The notes under the pieces are model-generated. The model had not been told where the DNA came from. It did not search any database and worked only from the letters and a program-made list of their open reading frames with translations. Position numbers and translations under genes: made by a program. Positions 58,286 to 64,000 of a stretch of DNA of 64,000 nt are shown piece by piece; position 1 is the stretch's first letter, and the number at the start of each line of letters is the position of its first letter. This stretch comes from an uncultured Victivallaceae bacterium (GTDB taxonomy: Bacteria; Verrucomicrobiota; Lentisphaeria; Victivallales; Victivallaceae): contig CAYODJ010000007.1 of NCBI GenBank assembly GCA_964402715.1, positions 1 to 64,000 on the forward strand, in the 5' to 3' direction.

Positions 58286-59877
58286 ATCCTTTCAAGACGC
58301 TTGTCATGTACTGCGCGGTCCTGGCGGCGACGCTGCTGCTGCTCTTCGGCGTGTACCGCGCGGAGAGGCGGCTCGACGACATGGTGCGTGAGCATCATCT
58401 TCATTTCACCGGTCAGGTGAGCAACGCCCCGCCGCTGGTGTCTTTCACCACGGTGGCGCTGGGAAGTTTCCGCGGACTGATCGCGGATCTGCTCTGGCTG
58501 CGTGCGCTGGGATTGCAGGACAAGGGCAACTACTTCGAAATGGTGCAGCTGGCCCGCTGGATCACCGACCTGCAGCCGACGTTCTCCGGCGCGACCGCCT
58601 ATCTGGCGTGGAACATGGCGTACAACATCTCGGTGACCTGCTCCGACTACGCGGATCGGTGGCGCTGGGTCAACGAAGGCATAAAGCTGATTCGGGAGCG
58701 GGCTCTGAATTACAATCCGGAAGATCCGTCCCTGTACAAGGAGCTGAGCTGGATTTTTCAGCACAAGCTCGGCGATGTTCTCGACGACGCGAATCTGTAT
58801 TACAAGAATCAGATTGCGCTGGCGATGACCGGGATTCTCGGAAGAAGCACCGACGTCGCCGGCATGGCCGCCGCTCCGAGCGGAGAAAAGGGTTTCATGG
58901 AGAAATACGGCGGCGACAAGCAGCTGTGGGCGGCCGCGGCGGCGGCGGGATGTCCGACTTACGGGGAACTGTTCGCCGCGTTCAGAAAACGGGGGAACGC
59001 GCTGCCTCCGTCTTTTTCGGAGCGGCTGGGGGAATCGCGGGCGCATGATCTTGAAAACCATTTCCGCGCGGAACTGCTGCGCGAGAACTACAAGCTCGAC
59101 GCGCGCGTCATGAACGAGATAGACGTGAAATACGGCAAACTGGACTGGCGGGTTCCGGAATCGCAGGCCATCTACTGGGCGACGATGGGTCTCAAGAAAA
59201 CGCCCGGCAACCGCGATGTTAACTGCGAACGCGTCATCACCCAGTCGCTGTACGAGTCGTTCCGCAGCGGTCGGCTGCTGATGCTGGATCCGGAAAATTT
59301 CGAGGGAGTGGTTTCGGTGCCCAACCTGGATCTGGTCGACGCGGTCGACGCGACATACCGGGAGGCGTATGAAGCCAACGAGGAAAATCCGACTTTTCTG
59401 ACCGCGAGAATCAATTTCATGAAGGAGGCGATAGCCATCCTGTTCAATTACGGCAAGTTCAAGAAGGCGGAGGAATATTTCAAGACCCTGTCCAAGATGG
59501 ACATGGAGGCGAGGCTCGCCCGTTCCGTGGAGGATTTCGTCATGAAGCGGTGGACGGAGGACGTGAGGGACGCCTCGGTCAAGCAGGCCAACGACATCAT
59601 AAGCGGTCTCATCTTCAGGAGTCTGTTCTATTCGGTCCACGGAGAGGACGACGCGGCGCTGGCGAACGAAAGGATCGCGCGTTACATCTACAACGCCTAC
59701 ATGACGTGCAACGCCAAGGGGCAGGAGTTCAGAGTGGGGCTGCTGCCGTACGTCGAAATCAAGCGCGCGGTGGTGGAGAACTGTCTGAAGGCGTTTCCGC
59801 CCGCCATGGTGACGATACTTAAAGCGAAAATAGAAGAGGAACAGGCCGGCTCGGCATCGGCGGGCGCCGGCAAGTGA
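58282..59877 (+). CDS. Hypothetical membrane-anchored protein (531 aa), unknown family
   Basis: One N-terminal TM; ATG overlaps the permease stop (ATGA). I recognise no domain. Confidence 0.45.
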   Translation: MNPFKTLVMYCAVLAATLLLLFGVYRAERRLDDMVREHHLHFTGQVSNAPPLVSFTTVALGSFRGLIADLLWLRALGLQDKGNYFEMVQLARWITDLQPTFSGATAYLAWNMAYNISVTCSDYADRWRWVNEGIKLIRERALNYNPEDPSLYKELSWIFQHKLGDVLDDANLYYKNQIALAMTGILGRSTDVAGMAAAPSGEKGFMEKYGGDKQLWAAAAAAGCPTYGELFAAFRKRGNALPPSFSERLGESRAHDLENHFRAELLRENYKLDARVMNEIDVKYGKLDWRVPESQAIYWATMGLKKTPGNRDVNCERVITQSLYESFRSGRLLMLDPENFEGVVSVPNLDLVDAVDATYREAYEANEENPTFLTARINFMKEAIAILFNYGKFKKAEEYFKTLSKMDMEARLARSVEDFVMKRWTEDVRDASVKQANDIISGLIFRSLFYSVHGEDDAALANERIARYIYNAYMTCNAKGQEFRVGLLPYVEIKRAVVENCLKAFPPAMVTILKAKIEEEQAGSASAGAGK

Positions 59878-59953
59878 TGATGGACGAAAGCGAACCGGAG
59901 GATCCGTACTTAAGCAGCGTCATCGATCCGTTCCCCGGGAGGGTGCGCGATCG

Positions 59954-61180
59954 ATGATTGTTTTGATTGCCAGCGTGGCCGTGGCGCTGCTCGTGTCGTC
60001 GCTCTGTTCTCTGCTGGAGGCCGCGCTGCTCAGTCTGACGCCGAGCCAGCTTGCACAGATCCGGCAGCGGAACGTCGCCATGGGCGACGTCTGCCGCCGC
60101 CTGAAATACGAAATCGAGAAACCGATCGCCGTCATACTGATCGTCAACACGGCCGCGCACACGTTCGGTGCGTCCGTGGCCGGCGCGCAGTTCAATGAAC
60201 TGTACGGAGCCAGATGGCTCGGGGCGTTCACGCTGGTCTTCACTCTGATGATGGTGCAGTACACGGAGATTCTGCCCAAGACGCTGGGTGTGCGTTACAA
60301 CCGGAAAATCATGTGCTGCTCGGCGAGGCCTTTGTCGCTGATGATCGCGGTCATGATGCCGTTGATTGTGCTGATCAGGTGGTTCAACCGGCCGTTCGAA
60401 CTGTCGGAGGCGAAAAACAGCGTTTCGGCGGCGGACGAGATTTCCGCGCTGGCGGCTCTGGCGCGGAGCAACCGGCAGATCAGCAGGCGTCAGGAGCGCA
60501 TCATTAAGGTTGCGCCTATGCTGTCGCAGAAAAGAGCCGAGCAGATCATGCTGCCGTCGGAGAATATCTCGTTCCTGTCCAGCCGTCAGACGCTGACCGA
60601 AGCCATCAACTGGGTCGGAATGGACTTTCACACCCGTTATCCGGTCTGCAGGGGCAGCAACAGGGATCAGGTTCTGGGCTACGTCAACTTCAAGGAAGTG
60701 GTGGCCACGTACAGAGCCAACCCGGAACACGGGAAACTGATGGACATCCTGCGGCCGATCAGTTTCGCCGCCCCGGGGGAGTCGGCGGCGGAGCTGCTGG
60801 AGCGGTTCGTGTCGCGGCAATGTCATATGGCGGTGGTCCGCGGCTCGCGGGGGCGGACGCTGGGTCTGGTGACGCTGGAGGACATCGTCGAGGAACTGCT
60901 GGGCGATCTGGACGACGAGTTCGATCCGCTGCCGAGGACCTTCTATTCGCTCGGCGGGGCGATATGGGTGGTCGGCGGCGGCGTGCCCCTTACGCTGCTG
61001 GCGAGGCGTACGTGGCTGGCGCTTCCCAGACGTACGGAGCCGGTCGCGATATGGTTCGCGGGCAGGCTGAAGCGGATGCCGCGCATCGGAGACACGCTGA
61101 AGCACAACAACGCGGAGTTTCATGTGCACAAGGTGCGCCGCGGAAGGGTCTTGGAGTTCGGCGTCAGGCAGATTGTCTAG
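59954..61180 (+). CDS. CNNM/HlyC-CorC family transporter (DUF21 + CBS pair + CorC_HlyC)
   Basis: DUF21 4-TM N-terminus, CBS pair, and a C-terminal transporter-associated domain (GDTLKHNNAEFHVHKV). Confidence 0.75.
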   Translation: MIVLIASVAVALLVSSLCSLLEAALLSLTPSQLAQIRQRNVAMGDVCRRLKYEIEKPIAVILIVNTAAHTFGASVAGAQFNELYGARWLGAFTLVFTLMMVQYTEILPKTLGVRYNRKIMCCSARPLSLMIAVMMPLIVLIRWFNRPFELSEAKNSVSAADEISALAALARSNRQISRRQERIIKVAPMLSQKRAEQIMLPSENISFLSSRQTLTEAINWVGMDFHTRYPVCRGSNRDQVLGYVNFKEVVATYRANPEHGKLMDILRPISFAAPGESAAELLERFVSRQCHMAVVRGSRGRTLGLVTLEDIVEELLGDLDDEFDPLPRTFYSLGGAIWVVGGGVPLTLLARRTWLALPRRTEPVAIWFAGRLKRMPRIGDTLKHNNAEFHVHKVRRGRVLEFGVRQIV

Positions 61181-61214
61181 TTGCCGTAAAACGGATGAAG
61201 GAAAAGGCGATAAG

Positions 61215-61835
61215 ATGAAACGGCGTTTGGTGTCTGTATGTTCACTTTCCGCATGGCTGCTGATGCTGTTGCTGGACGGGTGCGTGGACGTGGATTATGT
61301 CGGACAGCGATTCGATCCGCCGCCGGGGGCGGGCATGCCCGTCGTGTTCGGCGTTCAGGCGGATTATCCGAAAGAGGATTACAGGCCTTTCGGACGCGCG
61401 GTTTTCACCGCTCCGGCGGACTACGGCATATTGGAGCTGCAGGAAAAGGCGGAGAACACCGCCAGGGAGTACGGCGCTGACGCTGTGAAGATTGTATTCG
61501 CGGGAAGGTCGCTGATGGAGTCGCCCTACCGTATGCCGCAGGCGGACGACTCCGGAAGAGCGTCGTCCGACGGCATGAGACCGTATGTGGAGGCTTTCGG
61601 AGATGAGGCGCAGTTTCCCGGTGCGCGAATCGAGCGGCATGAGCTGGTCGTCAAGGCGCTGATGCTGATGAAAAGGGAGCGTTTCGCCAGACTGATGTCG
61701 GAACGGGGAGCGACAGTGAAGACAGCGGAGGCTCCGGACACGGACTCCGAGAGCGGCGCGGCCGCCGTCGACAGGGCCGAGAACGGAGCCGAGGAGGACG
61801 GAGCCGGGACGGAGCCGGCTCCTTCCGCAGATTGA
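61215..61835 (+). CDS. Lipoprotein with acidic low-complexity C-terminus
   Basis: MKRRLVSVCSLSAWLLMLLLDGC lipobox; SD AAGGAAAAGG before ATG 61215. Confidence 0.45.
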   Translation: MKRRLVSVCSLSAWLLMLLLDGCVDVDYVGQRFDPPPGAGMPVVFGVQADYPKEDYRPFGRAVFTAPADYGILELQEKAENTAREYGADAVKIVFAGRSLMESPYRMPQADDSGRASSDGMRPYVEAFGDEAQFPGARIERHELVVKALMLMKRERFARLMSERGATVKTAEAPDTDSESGAAAVDRAENGAEEDGAGTEPAPSAD

Positions 61836-61983
61836 AACGCCGGGATCTTCCGCACGCGGAGCCGCGCCGTCATGCGGACGGACGGCGGCGTTAACCGCTC
61901 ACGACGACACTCGCGGCCGATCCGCCGCCGAGGCGACGGGCCTTCCGGCGGCGGCCGTCCGTCCGGGTCTCAGGCGCTGCCGT

Positions 61984-62664
61984 TCAGCGCGCCTGATGAT
62001 TATTCCATGTGTCGAAGTGGATCTTCTCAGGCTTGTATTTGTCTTTGCAGCGTTCCGCCCCCGTCGGGTAGCCGATTGAGATGACGTTCAGCGGTATGAC
62101 GCCCGCGTCCAGCTTCAGGACGCGGCTTACGTTGGAGATGCGTTCTTTGTCCGGATAGACGCCCAGCCACACCGCGCCCAGTCCGGACGCCTCGGCCGCG
62201 AGCAGGATGTTCTCGGTTGCGGCCGAACAGTCCTGCACCCACATCTCACGGGGCGGGCCGTCCAGAAATTCCTTCTCAACTCCGCAGACGGCGATGGCGC
62301 CTCCCGCTTTCGCCAGCATCCTGCCGGAAGGCAGCGCCTCGGCCAGCGCCGACAGCTGTTCGCGCCGGGTGACGACTACGAAGGCCCACGGCTGAGCGTT
62401 TCTTGCGGACGGAGCCGCCATGCCCGCCCGAACCAGCGAAATCATCTCCGACTGAGGAATCGACTTTCCGGTGTAGAGACGGACGCTTTTTCTGGAGAGA
62501 ATTACCTCCAACGCGGCGGATTTGTCCGCTGCGGGTGATGTCTGTTCAGCAGTCATTTTTGCCTCCTTGGTTACCGATTCAGCAGTTGTCTCCGTCCCGG
62601 TCAGGCTGGACATAGAGACCAGCAGTGCCGCCGACAGGGAGATGATTAAGCGTCCGCGATACAT
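61984..62664 (-). CDS. Nitroreductase-family protein, apparently with N-terminal signal peptide
   Basis: Nitroreductase fold motifs (RKSVRLY...; SARNAQPW). Two possible starts, 62664 and 62559, both have strong SD sequences. Confidence 0.6.
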   Translation of the reverse strand: MYRGRLIISLSAALLVSMSSLTGTETTAESVTKEAKMTAEQTSPAADKSAALEVILSRKSVRLYTGKSIPQSEMISLVRAGMAAPSARNAQPWAFVVVTRREQLSALAEALPSGRMLAKAGGAIAVCGVEKEFLDGPPREMWVQDCSAATENILLAAEASGLGAVWLGVYPDKERISNVSRVLKLDAGVIPLNVISIGYPTGAERCKDKYKPEKIHFDTWNNHQAR

Positions 62665-62787
62665 GGCATGCTCCTTTCCCGAGTTTCAATCCGTGACATC
62701 GTTATGAACTCCGTCCATGCGAAGACGGCGATCCCATGCGGGCGGCGGCGTCCGCGCCGCAGCGGACGCCGGAGCCGTATTCATATT

Positions 62788-63378
62788 TCACCGCGCGGCG
62801 GTGCGGCGACAGTTGCGGCGGGCTTCCAGCGTCAGCACCCGGCGCAGTTTTGAATCCGTCCGTTCGCGATCCTCGGGGCGCAGACGGTCGGTGAACAGAA
62901 TGCCGTCCAGATGATCAAGCTCATGCTGGACGCAGCGCCCCAGCAATCCGCCGCATTCCAGGATCAGCATCTCCCCGTCAAGCGTCTCCGTACGGAGAGT
63001 CACCTTCCGCGGACGGGAGACCGGAGCGAAAAAATCCGGCACGCTGAGACATCCTTCGTCGCGGACGTCCATGTCTTCGCTGGATGAAACAATTTCAGGA
63101 TTGACCAGAACGAACGGCATTCTTGGAAGCAGAACCGACTCTCCCTGAGACGGTTCCTGAGATGACGACTCCTGCGGCACACCCAGCACCACCAGGCGCA
63201 GCGCCTCGCCGACTTGAGGAGCGGCGAGTCCGATGCCGTCGAAAGCAAACATCGCCGCCGTCATTTCGTCCGCCAGCAGACGTATCTTCTCGTCGACGAT
63301 CACCGGCGACGCTTTCGTTCTGAGCACCGCGTCGCCGATGGTTCTCACCACATGGACTTTCCTGGGTCGAAAAAGCAT
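62788..63378 (-). CDS. def: Peptide deformylase
   Basis: GIGLAAPQVG, EGCLSVP, HELDHLDG motifs. ATG at 63378 inside the longer ORF. Confidence 0.85.
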   Translation of the reverse strand: MLFRPRKVHVVRTIGDAVLRTKASPVIVDEKIRLLADEMTAAMFAFDGIGLAAPQVGEALRLVVLGVPQESSSQEPSQGESVLLPRMPFVLVNPEIVSSSEDMDVRDEGCLSVPDFFAPVSRPRKVTLRTETLDGEMLILECGGLLGRCVQHELDHLDGILFTDRLRPEDRERTDSKLRRVLTLEARRNCRRTAAR

Positions 63379-63509
63379 AACAAAACCCCGCTTGCGGCGG
63401 CATGGAAATTTCCGCGCCGCGACCCCGCGCCGGAAACCTGTGCGACCGCCGCGTTTCTCCGCGGACACGCGGAATTCCGTCCTCCCCTCGTCAACCCTTC
63501 AGGCGGGCG

Positions 63510-64000
63510 TCACTTGGCGCCGGCGCCGGCGTCCGGAGGCAGTTTGCCGTGCTCCTTGGCCGGCTTTATCGGAATCTCCGGCACCTCCTTGCGGATGGCG
63601 GCGCGCGGTTCGATTCCGGTGGCGTCGATGTACTCCGTCGACAATCCGCCGGGAGGCAGATCGTATTCGGCCACGTTGATGGCCGCGGCGGCGTCCAGCT
63701 GCGCCTTTGCGTTCTGCACGTTGATGTACGCGCTCGCCAGCGTCGTCTGAGCGTCAACAAGGTCGCGCTGCGCCTCATTCAGTCTGGTCAGTTCGGTGTT
63801 GCCGACGCGGTATTCGTCGTCCACCAGATTGCGCTGCTCCATGGTGAATTCAAGCGTCTTCTCATAGAGACGCGCCTGCTTGACGTTCTGGACGTAGTTG
63901 ATGTAGGCCTCCCTGACCTCCTGGACGACGGTCAGCCAGGTGTTGAACGCCTGGAACTGGGCGATGCTGAGATTGGCCTGCGCCTCCCGGACCCTGTTGT
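63510..64000 (-). CDS. TolC-like outer-membrane efflux protein, C-terminal part (5' end beyond window)
   Basis: Minus-strand frame is open to the window edge. The sequence has OEP-family heptad-like repeats ...NRVREAQANLSIAQFQAFNTWLTVVQEVREAYINYVQNVKQARLYEKTLEFTMEQRNLVDDEYRVGNTELTRLNEAQRDLVDAQTTLASAYINVQNAKAQL. Confidence 0.6.
   Translation of the reverse strand, partial: NRVREAQANLSIAQFQAFNTWLTVVQEVREAYINYVQNVKQARLYEKTLEFTMEQRNLVDDEYRVGNTELTRLNEAQRDLVDAQTTLASAYINVQNAKAQLDAAAAINVAEYDLPPGGLSTEYIDATGIEPRAAIRKEVPEIPIKPAKEHGKLPPDAGAGAK

Noticed and set aside
59819-61129. 436-aa minus-strand ORF
   Set aside because: Antisense to the CNNM/CorC gene.

Overview
This 64-kb window is a gene-dense, high-GC bacterial chromosomal segment with a strong SD-type RBS signal (GGAGG-like) ahead of most genes. 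I could not reliably place it beyond 'Gram-negative-like envelope', indicated by lpxD, an LptF/G-family permease and a TolC-like protein. It holds about 60 protein-coding genes and 2 tRNAs (Arg-CCG and Val-TAC, the latter with a 4/5-pair T-stem). There is no rRNA, no CRISPR array, and no recognisable transposase or integrase. Housekeeping content includes rpsB-tsf, a pyrR-pyrB-pyrC operon joined by 4-nt overlaps to an M20 amidohydrolase and hemW, plus tatD, nudC, rsmG, truA, xni, aspC, lpxD, xseB, rimO, pgsA, nagB, murF, def and aqpZ. Four parts of the window stand out. (1) At 16.0-19.6 kb there is a membrane module made of a COG4260-type SPFH protein with five C-terminal zinc ribbons, a 4-TM/coiled-coil protein, two paralogous zinc-ribbon+TM2 proteins with a decayed third copy between them, a 15-16-nt poly-G tract inside one paralog, and a DUF2752 protein. 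This resembles the PspA-associated ydjGHI-type membrane-stress module but has no pspA. (2) At 49.3-61.2 kb an HflK-like protein with an unusual 6-TM N-terminal extension, HflC and a third SPFH protein lead into a translationally coupled CPC-type P1B ATPase (start/stop overlaps at the SPFH-ATPase, ATPase-ABC and permease-unknown joins). An ABC-2 transporter, an unknown 531-aa membrane-anchored protein and a CNNM/CorC transporter follow. (3) A NahK-like N-acetylhexosamine 1-kinase sits with a nucleotidyltransferase, epimerase, nagB and murF, which looks like an amino-sugar salvage route. (4) Two genes are interrupted by single in-frame stops: an M48 metallopeptidase (TAA just before its HEXXH motif, followed by a separate TPR gene) and a GT-C-like membrane glycosyltransferase (TGA). 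Several long antisense ORFs in the track are GC-driven artefacts and are listed as rejected.
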